Positions 18,918 through 27,907 of a DNA stretch of 64,000 nucleotides are shown here, one piece after another. The DNA is taken from contig CAJUPF010000006.1 of assembly GCA_910588565.1 (NCBI GenBank), forward strand, positions 531 through 64,530, given 5' to 3'. A program made the position numbers and the translations under genes. The notes below the pieces were generated by a model. That model made no database searches and was not told where the DNA came from. It saw only the letters and a list, made by a program, of their open reading frames with translations. The DNA is from an uncultured Lachnospiraceae bacterium. Its GTDB lineage: Bacteria > Bacillota > Clostridia > Lachnospirales > Lachnospiraceae. How positions within the stretch are numbered: the first letter of the stretch is position 1; the number at the start of each line of letters is the position of its first letter.

Positions 18918-19376
18918 ATGAAAGCAGATACAAGAATGTTTGGAGAAATTGATATCGAGGATTCCAAGATTATCCATTTAGAGCAGGGAATTGTCGGATT
19001 CCCGGATATGAAGGATTTTGCATTGATATTTGATGCGGACAGAGGCGAAGAATCTGTGATTAAATGGTTCCAGTCGATGGACGATCCTGTGTTTGCCATG
19101 CCGGTACTCGAGCCGCATGCAATGGCGGAAGACTATGCGCCGGCGATCAGCGATGAACTCTGCGGGACGCTTGGCGGGCTGACCCAGGAAAATGTTTTTC
19201 TCCTTGTGACCGTAACCGTTCCGGAAAATATCGAAGAGATTTCCATTAACTTAAAAGCGCCGATCGTCATCAATACCGACAACAACCAGGCGGCGCAGGT
19301 AATTATGGAACAGGATTATCCGGTAAAATATAAGATTTATGACAGGATAAAACGAGATTCAAAGGAAGGTGAATAG
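18918..19376 (+). CDS. fliW: Flagellar assembly factor FliW
   Basis: FGEIDIEDSKIIHLEQGIVGFPDMKDFALI... and LKAPIVINTDNNQAAQV. Lies directly upstream of csrA. Confidence 0.9.
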   Translation: MKADTRMFGEIDIEDSKIIHLEQGIVGFPDMKDFALIFDADRGEESVIKWFQSMDDPVFAMPVLEPHAMAEDYAPAISDELCGTLGGLTQENVFLLVTVTVPENIEEISINLKAPIVINTDNNQAAQVIMEQDYPVKYKIYDRIKRDSKEGE

Positions 19377-19378
19377 AG

Positions 19379-19594
19379 ATGCTGGCATTGACAAGACGCA
19401 AAGGCGAATCCCTGGTTATCAACAATAACATTCAGATGGATATCCTGGAAATTCGGGGCGATCAGGTAAAAATCGGCATTTCTGCACCAAAAGAAGTCCC
19501 GATTTACCGTAAAGAGGTATACCTGCAGATCGAAAACGAGAATAAAGAAGCCATCAGCACGGAAGCTGCAGAGGCACTGAAAAAATTATTCTAA
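19379..19594 (+). CDS. csrA: Carbon storage regulator CsrA (flagellar type)
   Basis: MLALTRRKGESLVINNNIQMDILEIRGDQVKIGISAPKEVPIYRKEVY. Confidence 0.95.
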   Translation: MLALTRRKGESLVINNNIQMDILEIRGDQVKIGISAPKEVPIYRKEVYLQIENENKEAISTEAAEALKKLF

Positions 19595-19619
19595 AAAAAA
19601 TGCGGCGCTATGCCGATAT
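19592..19619 (+). promoter_or_regulatory. Sigma-28-type promoter upstream of flaG-fliD-fliS
   Basis: TAAA (19592-19595), N16, GCCGATAT (19612-19619). Confidence 0.6.
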
Positions 19620-19669
19620 AGAGAATAATAAATACATTCACTTTTTAAATCACACGGAGGTGGTTAACT

Positions 19670-20098
19670 ATGGCAATAGAAGCAATTACAAAATCGGCTG
19701 TGGCATATCAGGGAAGCGTGTCAGCGCCGGAAGCGCCCAAAGTAAGCAGCGTTGAAAAGACGGGCGGCAATCCCGTAAACACAGAAAGCCCGGCAAGAGA
19801 TTATGCTGGCGCCGTTGTGGCAAGCGGGAGCAATGATGCGGTTAATGTTCGTGCAGACGATGATTCATCTATCAAGGTGAACTCAGACAGCATGAAGAAA
19901 GCTGTGGAGGAGATTAATAAAAATATGATGAACTCCGAAGCGATCTTCGGGATTCATGATAAGACAAATCGCATTACAATCAAAATTATCGATAAGGATA
20001 CGAAGGAAGTATTAAAGGAGTTCCCACCAGAAAAGACCCTGGATATGATTGCCAAAGTATGGGAAATGGCGGGTCTTATGGTGGATGAGAAGAGATAG
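19670..20098 (+). CDS. flaG: Flagellar protein FlaG
   Basis: C-terminal ...FGIHDKTNRITIKIIDKDTKEVLKEFPPEKTLDMIAKVWEMAGLMVDEKR is FlaG-like. Position before fliD. Confidence 0.85.
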   Translation: MAIEAITKSAVAYQGSVSAPEAPKVSSVEKTGGNPVNTESPARDYAGAVVASGSNDAVNVRADDDSSIKVNSDSMKKAVEEINKNMMNSEAIFGIHDKTNRITIKIIDKDTKEVLKEFPPEKTLDMIAKVWEMAGLMVDEKR

Positions 20099-20110
20099 GA
20101 GGAATTAATT

Positions 20111-22114
20111 ATGCCAATTAGAATCACAGGAATGAATTCCGGACTGGATACGGAAGCATTAGTTTCTGAGCTGGTATCCGCATATCGGTTAAAGAGCCAG
20201 AAATATACAAAAGCACAGACGAAGTTATCCTGGAAGCAGGATGCATGGAAATCTTTAAACAGTAAGATTTCCACATTCTATTCCAAACTGACAGGCCTGA
20301 AATATTCTTCCGGTTATACAACGAAAAAGGCGACTGTATCAGACAGCACAAAAGCATCTGTTTCAGCGAACTCTAACGCGGTAAATGGAACGTATTCTGT
20401 AAAAATAGACCAGACAGCGAAAGCCGGGTATTTAACAGGTACAGAGCTTGGCGCCAACATAACGGAGAGCAGTACGCTGGCGTCTCTTGGATTTTCAGAT
20501 TATGGTATGATCAGCCTGAATGTAGAAGGGAAGACTACTAATATATCCGTCAATGGTTCTACTAAGATTTCTGACTTTGTGAAATCTTTAAATGATGCGG
20601 GAGTCACTGCAAATTTTGATTCCAAGTATAAGAGGATTTATGTGTCAGCCAAAAAGACCGGAGTGGAAAATGACTTTACATTATCAGGCGTGAATATTGC
20701 GGGTAATGACGCTTTGGCAAAACTTGGGCTGAATGTAGACAGTAGTTCAGTTACAGATACATACAGGACCTGGGCTTCTTACGCAATGAATTCAGACGGC
20801 CAGAATTATGAATCCGGCAATCCTTTTGTAACTGGTTATGACTCAGATGGAAAGCCTATTACAAACGGTACGTATAGCAAGGAGAAGACATGGAAACGTA
20901 TTGCAGAGATTCTGGCGGAGAAAGGACAGAAATCTGCGGAAATTACGAAAAACGAGGCGAATATCAAATATGCGGAAGCCTACCGTAAAGTAAATGATCC
21001 TTCCGCAGATACGACAACCCAGGACTATCAGGACGCCCTGGCGATTGTAAACGGCGATACAACGGATATAGATGTAACGGCGATTCGGAATGCGCATGCA
21101 GCAGGAACATTAAACAGCTATATTACGGATCGGCAAAATGAAATTGCTTCGGCGCAGGAGTTTTTGGATAGGCACAGCCTTCTGGATACTTCCGTATCTT
21201 CTGTATATGAGATGGAAGAGAAAATATCAGGCGCTATTGATATACTGAATGACACTACGGAAGTCAGCAGGGGAGCAATCCGGGTAAAAGGGCAGGATGC
21301 AAAAATTGTGGTAAACGGCGCAGTTTATACATCTGACAGTAACGAGTTTGATATTAACGGGCTTTCCATTACTGCCCTGGCTGAGGCGGCAAGTGAGTTT
21401 TCTGTCACAGTGGGTACAGATACGCAGGGACTGTATGATAAGATTAAGGATATTATCAAAGAATATAATACCTTGATTAATGAAATGACGAAACTATATA
21501 ACGCGGATTCGGCAAGGGGTTATGAACCGCTGACCACGGAAGAAAAAGATTCGCTGTCAGAGACAGAGATCAAAGAATGGGAGACGAAGATTAAAGACTC
21601 CCTGCTTCGCAGGGACGACACTTTAAGTTCCATCCTGAGTTCCATGAAGAACGTTATGTTTTCTTCCTATACGGTGAATGGGAAATCCTATTCGTTGTCC
21701 AGTTTTGGTATTATGACGCTGGGAGTTATGAAAGCTCCGGACAATGAGGAGAATGCGTTCCATATTGACGGCGACGCTGATGATCCAATTACATCTGCTA
21801 ATACGGATAAACTGATGGCGGCGATTAAGGAAGATCCGGACGCGGTTGTGGATTTCTTTAAACAATTAGCGACAGGTTTATATGATACAATCAATTCCAG
21901 GATGAGTTCCAGTACGCTGAGCAGTTATGGATCTGTGTATAACGATAAGCAGATGGCTCAGGAATACAGCGACTACACCACTACAATTAAAAAGTGGGAT
22001 CAGAAATTAAAAGATATCGAAGAATCTTATTACAAAAAATTTGCAGCGATGGAATCCGCACTGGCATCTTTGCAGAGCCAGCAGTCTGCACTGGCAGGCA
22101 TGTTCGGATTCTAG
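20111..22114 (+). CDS. fliD: Flagellar filament cap protein FliD
   Basis: MPIRITGMNSGLDTEALVSELVSAYRL..., with a C-terminal coiled coil ...FAAMESALASLQSQQSALAGMF. Confidence 0.92.
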   Translation: MPIRITGMNSGLDTEALVSELVSAYRLKSQKYTKAQTKLSWKQDAWKSLNSKISTFYSKLTGLKYSSGYTTKKATVSDSTKASVSANSNAVNGTYSVKIDQTAKAGYLTGTELGANITESSTLASLGFSDYGMISLNVEGKTTNISVNGSTKISDFVKSLNDAGVTANFDSKYKRIYVSAKKTGVENDFTLSGVNIAGNDALAKLGLNVDSSSVTDTYRTWASYAMNSDGQNYESGNPFVTGYDSDGKPITNGTYSKEKTWKRIAEILAEKGQKSAEITKNEANIKYAEAYRKVNDPSADTTTQDYQDALAIVNGDTTDIDVTAIRNAHAAGTLNSYITDRQNEIASAQEFLDRHSLLDTSVSSVYEMEEKISGAIDILNDTTEVSRGAIRVKGQDAKIVVNGAVYTSDSNEFDINGLSITALAEAASEFSVTVGTDTQGLYDKIKDIIKEYNTLINEMTKLYNADSARGYEPLTTEEKDSLSETEIKEWETKIKDSLLRRDDTLSSILSSMKNVMFSSYTVNGKSYSLSSFGIMTLGVMKAPDNEENAFHIDGDADDPITSANTDKLMAAIKEDPDAVVDFFKQLATGLYDTINSRMSSSTLSSYGSVYNDKQMAQEYSDYTTTIKKWDQKLKDIEESYYKKFAAMESALASLQSQQSALAGMFGF

Positions 22115-22148
22115 GAAGAACTGTCGTCATTAACAGGGAGGTTATCAG

Positions 22149-22526
22149 ATGACAAACAAACAGGGATATGCAGCTTACGAGAACAACAGGATTATGACTG
22201 CTTCACCCGCAGAATTGACATTGATGCTGTATGAAGGCGCAATTAAATTCTGCAATATTGCAATTGTGGCAATTGAAAAAAATGATATCGAGAAGGCGCA
22301 CAATAACATTATGAAGGTCGAAAATATTATTGAAGAATTTCAGGCGACATTGGATCATAAATACCCGGTTGCAGAAGATTTTGATAATGTTTACAACTAT
22401 TTAAAACAGCGTCTTTTCACCGCGAATGTCAAGAAAGACAAAGACATTTTAGAGGAAGTGCTGAAACATCTGCGGACGATGCGTGATACGTGGAAAGAAG
22501 TCATGAAACAGGCAGGGAAACAGTAA
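22149..22526 (+). CDS. fliS: Flagellin-specific export chaperone FliS
   Basis: YENNRIMTASPAELTLMLYEGAIKF... is the typical FliS N-terminus. Confidence 0.92.
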   Translation: MTNKQGYAAYENNRIMTASPAELTLMLYEGAIKFCNIAIVAIEKNDIEKAHNNIMKVENIIEEFQATLDHKYPVAEDFDNVYNYLKQRLFTANVKKDKDILEEVLKHLRTMRDTWKEVMKQAGKQ

Positions 22527-22541
22527 AGCGCATATTTCTTA

Positions 22542-23051
22542 GTGCATACAGCAATGGAACGGAGAGAGATGATGGTGGAATCAGAATATATTCGCATTAT
22601 GACAGAAAGCCTCGAAAAAAAACGGGATATTCTTGGAAAAGTTATTGAACTGAATAAACAGCAGAAGTTTTTACTGCAGGATCCGAATCTCTCACCGGAA
22701 CAATTTGAAGAGAATATGCAGTATAAAGCAAATCTTGTGGATCAGTTAAACTTATTAGACAGCGGGTTTGAGAAATTGTTTAACCGGGTAAGAGATGCCC
22801 TCAATAATAACCGGGATCTGTACACATCCGAAATTCGCAGAATGCAGGAACTGATCAAAGATATTACCGCATTGCTGAATACCGTCCAGACACAAGAGGT
22901 ACGCAATCGGGAGGAAGTCACCCGTAAATTTGCCAGTGTCAGGGAACAGGTAAAAGGCGTGCGCAACAGTCAGAAAGTGGTGAATCAATATTATCAGAAT
23001 ATGATGAAACGGGGAAATGTGGCGCCACAGTTTTTTGATAACAAAAAGTAA
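22542..23051 (+). CDS. Putative flagellar chaperone (FliT/FlgN-like helical protein)
   Basis: Helical, coiled-coil-like protein in the fliT position after fliS. No diagnostic motif recognised. The start could be the internal ATG near 22569. Confidence 0.4.
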   Translation: MHTAMERREMMVESEYIRIMTESLEKKRDILGKVIELNKQQKFLLQDPNLSPEQFEENMQYKANLVDQLNLLDSGFEKLFNRVRDALNNNRDLYTSEIRRMQELIKDITALLNTVQTQEVRNREEVTRKFASVREQVKGVRNSQKVVNQYYQNMMKRGNVAPQFFDNKK

Positions 23052-23066
23052 ATATAGCATTAGGAT

Positions 23067-23103
23067 AAAAATGGATCTGTGCTTTGCATAGATTCATTTT
23101 TCT
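23067..23103 (+). terminator. Rho-independent terminator after the fliD operon
   Basis: AAAAATGGATCT, 11-nt loop, AGATTCATTTTT (one G-U pair), running into a T tract. Confidence 0.75.
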
Positions 23104-23193
23104 TAAATTAGGTTTTTCGTTTTGGAGATTTGTGGTATATTGATTTTATTGAGAAACTGTGTAAGGAACAGAATCCAGAAAGGAGGCTCTTAC

Positions 23194-24912
23194 ATGGCAA
23201 GGACAACAGCAATTGGACATCAAGATTTTGAACGGGTAATAGAAAACGATTACTTTTATATTGATAAAACGTATTTTATCAAAGAATGGTGGGAGAGCGG
23301 GGATATTGTGACATTGATTACCCGCCCCAGAAGATTTGGGAAAACATTGAATATGAGCATGACAGAAAAATTCTTTTCTGTAAATTATGCCGGGCGGGGG
23401 GATTTGTTTGAGGGGCTGACTGTCTGGAATGAAGAGAAGTACCGCAGCCTGCAGGGAACATATCCGGTGATAAGCCTGTCTTTCGCGAATGTAAAAGCGG
23501 TAAATTATAAAAATGCCAGAAAAGAAATTTTTCTGATATTGACGAATTTATATACGGAATATTCTTTTTTGCTTGACAGTGATGCACTGGGGGAAGAAGA
23601 GAAGAAGCTTTTTGGCAATATTTCTACTGACATGGAGGATGTAGATGCAGTCTATGCGATTCATAATCTTTCCAAATTTTTAAATAAATTTTATAAGAAA
23701 AAAGTGATTATCCTATTAGATGAGTATGATACTCCTATGCAGGAGGCGTATGTCAGCGGATATTGGGAAGAACTAACAGCTTTTATGAGAAGTATGTTCA
23801 ATGCTGCTTTTAAAACAAATCCATATCTGGAGCGTGCGGTTATGACTGGCATCACAGGAGTCAGCAAAGAGTCTATGTTTTCTGATTTAAATAATTTGAG
23901 AGTGGTAACGACAACATCGGAAAAATATGCAGATTGTTTTGGGTTTACGGAAGAAGAAGTTTTTAGAGCATTAGAAGAGTTTGGATTATCTGATCAGAAG
24001 CAAAAGGTGAAGCAATGGTATGATGGCTTTACATTTGGGAGTCAGCCTGATATTTATAATCCATGGTCAATTCTGAATTATCTTGATACAGGAAAATTTG
24101 CCGCTTACTGGGCAAACACCAGCTCCAACAGCCTTGCAGGCAAACTGATACGGGAAGGCGGACGGAGTATCAAAGAATCCTTTGAGCATTTGCTGCAGGG
24201 AGGGCATTTGTTTGTTCCGATTGATGAGCAGATTGTTTATAATCAGCTTTATGATAATGAATATGCGATCTGGAGCCTTTTGACAGCAGGCGGTTATCTG
24301 AAAGTGTTAAGCCATGAAGAATACGACGATGAGGGTCTGGTAACGGCGCCAAAATATGAGCTGGCGCTGACGAATGGCGAAGTCAGGCTGATGTTCAAAA
24401 ACATGGTACGCGGATGGTTTTCCGGCAATGTTTCCGACTATAATGATTTTGTGAAAGCATTGCTGCTAAATGATGTGAAGGCAATGAATGTGTATATGAA
24501 CAGAATTGCACTGACGATATTCAGCTGTTTTGATACAGGGAAAAACCCGTCAAAAACAGCGGACCCTGAGCGTTTTTACCATGGATTTGTACTTGGGCTG
24601 CTGGTAGAATTGGAAAGCCGGTATATTCTTACTTCTAACAGGGAAAGTGGTTTTGGCAGGTATGATGTTATCCTTGAACCAAGAAACCTGAAAGACGCTG
24701 CAATGATTTTGGAATTTAAAGTGCAGGACACAGAAGATGAGAAGGAGCTTTTGGATACGGTACAGGTGGCTTTGGATCAGATTGAGAAGAAGAGGTATGC
24801 AGCATCATTGACCGCAAAAGGAATCCCAGAAGAGAGGATACACAGATATGGGTTTGCATTTAGTGGAAAAAAGGTGCTGATTGGTACAGGCGGTTATTAT
24901 TGGAACAGCTGA
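23194..24912 (+). CDS. Predicted AAA-ATPase with a C-terminal PD-(D/E)XK nuclease domain
   Basis: Start ATG 23194 after AGGAGG. N-terminus IGHQDFERVIENDYFYIDKTYFIKEWW..., Walker-A-like RPRRFGKT, LLDEYD. C-terminal nuclease-like GRYDVIL...MILEFKV. Confidence 0.8.
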   Translation: MARTTAIGHQDFERVIENDYFYIDKTYFIKEWWESGDIVTLITRPRRFGKTLNMSMTEKFFSVNYAGRGDLFEGLTVWNEEKYRSLQGTYPVISLSFANVKAVNYKNARKEIFLILTNLYTEYSFLLDSDALGEEEKKLFGNISTDMEDVDAVYAIHNLSKFLNKFYKKKVIILLDEYDTPMQEAYVSGYWEELTAFMRSMFNAAFKTNPYLERAVMTGITGVSKESMFSDLNNLRVVTTTSEKYADCFGFTEEEVFRALEEFGLSDQKQKVKQWYDGFTFGSQPDIYNPWSILNYLDTGKFAAYWANTSSNSLAGKLIREGGRSIKESFEHLLQGGHLFVPIDEQIVYNQLYDNEYAIWSLLTAGGYLKVLSHEEYDDEGLVTAPKYELALTNGEVRLMFKNMVRGWFSGNVSDYNDFVKALLLNDVKAMNVYMNRIALTIFSCFDTGKNPSKTADPERFYHGFVLGLLVELESRYILTSNRESGFGRYDVILEPRNLKDAAMILEFKVQDTEDEKELLDTVQVALDQIEKKRYAASLTAKGIPEERIHRYGFAFSGKKVLIGTGGYYWNS

Positions 24913-24930
24913 TCACAAGGTGAAAATTAA

Positions 24931-24997
24931 ATGGTCGAGGACAACAGCAATTGGATATCAGGATTATGAGTAGGTAATAGAAAACGAATACTTTTAA
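24931..24997 (+). pseudogene. Decayed 5' fragment of a second AAA-ATPase/PD-(D/E)XK gene copy
   Basis: ATGGTCGAGGACAACAGCAATTGGATATCAGGATTATGAGTAGGTAATAGAAAACGAATACTTTT aligns by eye with 23194-23260 of the intact gene (ATGGCAAGGACAACAGCAATTGGACATCAAGATTTTGAACGGGTAATAGAAAACGATTACTTTT). It carries an indel and stop codons. Confidence 0.75.
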
Positions 24998-25019
24998 CCC
25001 CAAATTTTAAATTCAGCTA

Positions 25020-25046
25020 TAAAGTATATAAAAATTTGCCCGATAT
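25020..25046 (+). promoter_or_regulatory. Sigma-28-type promoter of flagellin gene 1
   Basis: TAAA-N15-CCCGATAT. Confidence 0.7.
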
Positions 25047-25193
25047 ATATAACAGCAAGTAAACAAAATATACCATTACCTCAAGGGAGTGTCAAATGGT
25101 ATAGAGGGATACCCAAAGGGTGTTACTTGGGATGCGGGTCTGAACGGAGCGTACGGCCGTAAGGATGAGCATTATATATTAAAACAAGTTTTT

Positions 25194-25227
25194 GCAGCAT
25201 GGAAGCTGCAGTAAATTCAAGGAGGAA
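25194..25227 (+). promoter_or_regulatory. Candidate CsrA binding sites in the flagellin leader (GGA-loop hairpin plus a GGA-containing SD)
   Basis: GCAGC-ATGGAA-GCTGC hairpin (25194-25209) presents GGA in its loop. AAGGAGG SD at 25219-25225. The same arrangement occurs at 26632-26663. Confidence 0.55.
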
Positions 25228-25233
25228 AATATT

Positions 25234-26343
25234 ATGGCAATGGTAGTACAGCACAATCTTACAGCGATGAACTCTAACCGTCAGTTAGGCGTTATCACAA
25301 GCGGACAGGCAAAATCATCTGAGAAATTATCATCCGGTTACAAAATTAACCGTGCGGCAGACGATGCGGCAGGATTGAAGATTTCTGAGAAAATGAGAAG
25401 CCAGATCAGAGGCCTTAACAGAGCGTCTACAAACGCACAGGACGGCGTATCCTTACTGCAGACAGCAGAAGGCGCATTGAACGAAGTTCACAGCATTCTT
25501 CAGAGAATGAACGAGCTGGCAATTCAGGGTGCAAACGATACAAACCAGTCTATTGATCGTGACGCTATTAACCAGGAGCTGAAAGCCCTGACAGATGAGA
25601 TCGATCGTGTATCCCAGACAACACAGTTCAACAAACAGGGTCTGTTGGATGGTACATTTGTAGGCAAATCACTTCAGGTAGGAGCAAACCAGAACCAGAC
25701 CATTACATTGAACATTGCAGCAATGAATGCTACAGCAATCGGTATCAAACCAGTTTCCGTTGCTAAAGTGTCCGGCTATATGACGACGAATGAAGTTGTA
25801 AGGAATGCTGGCAAGACAACAGTTTCTGGTACGATCAGACAGTCTATCGGTGCATTGGCAGCGTGCAACGCACAGGTTGGCGTACTTTATTCTGCAAAAG
25901 CGCCTACAACTGCATATTATATGAGAGGTGATGGAGTAGCCGTGACTACTTCTGCTTCTGTTCGTAAATATGTCAGCAAACAGGCAATGTGCGCAGCTCA
26001 GATTTTCGTTGTAAATTCAAAACAGGCAACAAAAGTCAGCTCACCGAACGTAAGGGATTCCCAGCAGGCAACAGGAACCATTACAATGATCCAGAACGCG
26101 ATCAACAATGTATCCGGCCAGAGATCCGCGCTTGGTGCATTACAGAACAGATTAGAGCATACGATTGCTAACCTGGATAACGTAGCAGAGAATACCCAGG
26201 CAGCAGAATCCCGTATCCGTGATACAGATATGGCTTCTGAAATGGTGGAATACAGCAAGAACCAGATTCTTGCACAGGCAGGACAGTCTATGCTTGCACA
26301 GGCAAACCAGTCCAACCAGGGCGTATTGTCACTGTTACAGTAA
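25234..26343 (+). CDS. fliC: Flagellin, copy 1 (369 aa)
   Basis: Start ATG 25234 after AAGGAGG. MAMVVQHNLTAMNSNRQLG..., NRAADDAAGL, LQRMNELAIQ. C-terminal ...ILAQAGQSMLAQANQSNQGVLSLLQ. Confidence 0.97.
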   Translation: MAMVVQHNLTAMNSNRQLGVITSGQAKSSEKLSSGYKINRAADDAAGLKISEKMRSQIRGLNRASTNAQDGVSLLQTAEGALNEVHSILQRMNELAIQGANDTNQSIDRDAINQELKALTDEIDRVSQTTQFNKQGLLDGTFVGKSLQVGANQNQTITLNIAAMNATAIGIKPVSVAKVSGYMTTNEVVRNAGKTTVSGTIRQSIGALAACNAQVGVLYSAKAPTTAYYMRGDGVAVTTSASVRKYVSKQAMCAAQIFVVNSKQATKVSSPNVRDSQQATGTITMIQNAINNVSGQRSALGALQNRLEHTIANLDNVAENTQAAESRIRDTDMASEMVEYSKNQILAQAGQSMLAQANQSNQGVLSLLQ

Positions 26344-26357
26344 TACGAATTTTAAGT

Positions 26358-26386
26358 CAAAGAGCCGGTGCTGCCGGCTCTTTTTG
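26358..26386 (+). terminator. Rho-independent terminator of flagellin copy 1
   Basis: AAAGAGCCGG-TGCTG-CCGGCTCTTT followed by TTG. Confidence 0.85.
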
Positions 26387-26460
26387 TAGTATGATTTAGG
26401 ACAGGATATAAGTGGTGAAGCGTATCTGGCACCAAATAGATTAAAAAAATAAAATGGCTA

Positions 26461-26487
26461 TAAAGTTTTTTGGAAATTTTACGATAT
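26461..26487 (+). promoter_or_regulatory. Sigma-28-type promoter of flagellin gene 2
   Basis: TAAA-N15-TACGATAT, followed by the same ATATATAACAGCAAGTAAACAAAA block as copy 1. Confidence 0.65.
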
Positions 26488-26671
26488 ATATAACAGCAAG
26501 TAAACAAAACAGGATTGTTTCCTCATATTTGCCGCATGGCACTGAGGAATACCTGAAAGATATTGCTTGAGATACAATCTGGATGGAGCGTACGGCCAGA
26601 AGGAGAAGTATTATACATCAAAACAAGTTTTGCAGCATGGAAGCTGCAGTAAATTCAAGGAGGAAAATATT

Positions 26672-27781
26672 ATGGCAATGGTAGTACAGCACAATCTTAC
26701 AGCGATGAACTCTAACCGTCAGTTAGGCGTTATCACAAGCGGACAGGCAAAATCATCTGAGAAATTATCATCCGGTTACAAAATTAACCGTGCGGCAGAC
26801 GATGCGGCAGGATTGAAGATTTCTGAGAAAATGAGAAGCCAGATCAGAGGCCTTAACAGAGCGTCTACAAACGCACAGGACGGCGTATCCTTACTGCAGA
26901 CAGCAGAAGGCGCATTGAACGAAGTTCACAGCATTCTTCAGAGAATGAACGAGCTGGCAATTCAGGGTGCAAACGATACAAACCAGTCTATTGATCGTGA
27001 CGCTATTAACCAGGAGCTGAAAGCCCTGACAGATGAGATCGATCGTGTATCCCAGACAACACAGTTCAACAAACAGGGTCTGTTGGATGGTACATTTGTA
27101 GGCAAATCACTTCAGGTAGGAGCAAACCAGAACCAGACCATTACATTGAACATTGCAGCAATGAATGCTACAGCAATCGGTATCAAACCAGTTTCCGTTG
27201 CTAAAGTGTCCGGCTATATGACGACGAATGAAGTTGTAAGGAATGCTGGCAAGACAACAGTTTCTGGTACGATCAGACAGTCTATCGGTGCATTGGCAGC
27301 GTGCAACGCACAGGTTGGCGTACTTTATTCTGCAAAAGCGCCTACAACTGCATATTATATGAGAGGTGATGGAGTAGCCGTGACTACTTCTGCTTCTGTT
27401 CGTAAATATGTCAGCAAACAGGCAATGTGCGCAGCTCAGATTTTCGTTGTAAATTCAAAACAGGCAACAAAAGTCAGCTCACCGAACGTAAGGGATTCCC
27501 AGCAGGCAACAGGAACCATTACAATGATCCAGAACGCGATCAACAATGTATCCGGCCAGAGATCCGCGCTTGGTGCATTACAGAACAGATTAGAGCATAC
27601 GATTGCTAACCTGGATAACGTAGCAGAGAATACCCAGGCAGCAGAATCCCGTATCCGTGATACAGATATGGCTTCTGAAATGGTGGAATACAGCAAGAAC
27701 CAGATTCTTGCACAGGCAGGACAGTCTATGCTTGCACAGGCAAACCAGTCCAACCAGGGCGTATTATCACTGTTACAGTAA
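26672..27781 (+). CDS. fliC: Flagellin, copy 2 (protein identical to copy 1)
   Basis: Start ATG 26672. Reading by eye, the CDS differs from copy 1 at a single synonymous position (TTG versus TTA near the 3' end). Confidence 0.97.
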   Translation: MAMVVQHNLTAMNSNRQLGVITSGQAKSSEKLSSGYKINRAADDAAGLKISEKMRSQIRGLNRASTNAQDGVSLLQTAEGALNEVHSILQRMNELAIQGANDTNQSIDRDAINQELKALTDEIDRVSQTTQFNKQGLLDGTFVGKSLQVGANQNQTITLNIAAMNATAIGIKPVSVAKVSGYMTTNEVVRNAGKTTVSGTIRQSIGALAACNAQVGVLYSAKAPTTAYYMRGDGVAVTTSASVRKYVSKQAMCAAQIFVVNSKQATKVSSPNVRDSQQATGTITMIQNAINNVSGQRSALGALQNRLEHTIANLDNVAENTQAAESRIRDTDMASEMVEYSKNQILAQAGQSMLAQANQSNQGVLSLLQ

Positions 27782-27796
27782 TACGAATTTTAAGTC

Positions 27797-27826
27797 AAAG
27801 AACCGGCTATGCCGGTTCTTTTTTTG
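27797..27826 (+). terminator. Rho-independent terminator of flagellin copy 2
   Basis: AAAGAACCGG-CTATG-CCGGTTCTTT followed by TTTT. The stem differs from the copy-1 terminator by a compensatory pair. Confidence 0.85.
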
Positions 27827-27880
27827 TATAAAATATCTAAGAGGAAGCTGATTGTGTATAGGGCAATTTACAGACATGCC

Positions 27881-27907
27881 TAAAGTATTTGTTTTGCTGT
27901 CCGATAT
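27881..27907 (+). promoter_or_regulatory. Third sigma-28-type promoter, heading the glycosylation island
   Basis: TAAA (27881-27884), N15, TCCGATAT (27900-27907). Confidence 0.6.

Noticed and set aside
25989-26171. Duplicated 60-aa (+) and 105-aa (-) ORFs inside each flagellin gene (also 27427-27609, 25998-26315 and 27436-27753)
   Set aside because: They are duplicated only because the flagellin DNA is duplicated. They are out of frame or antisense to a certain gene.
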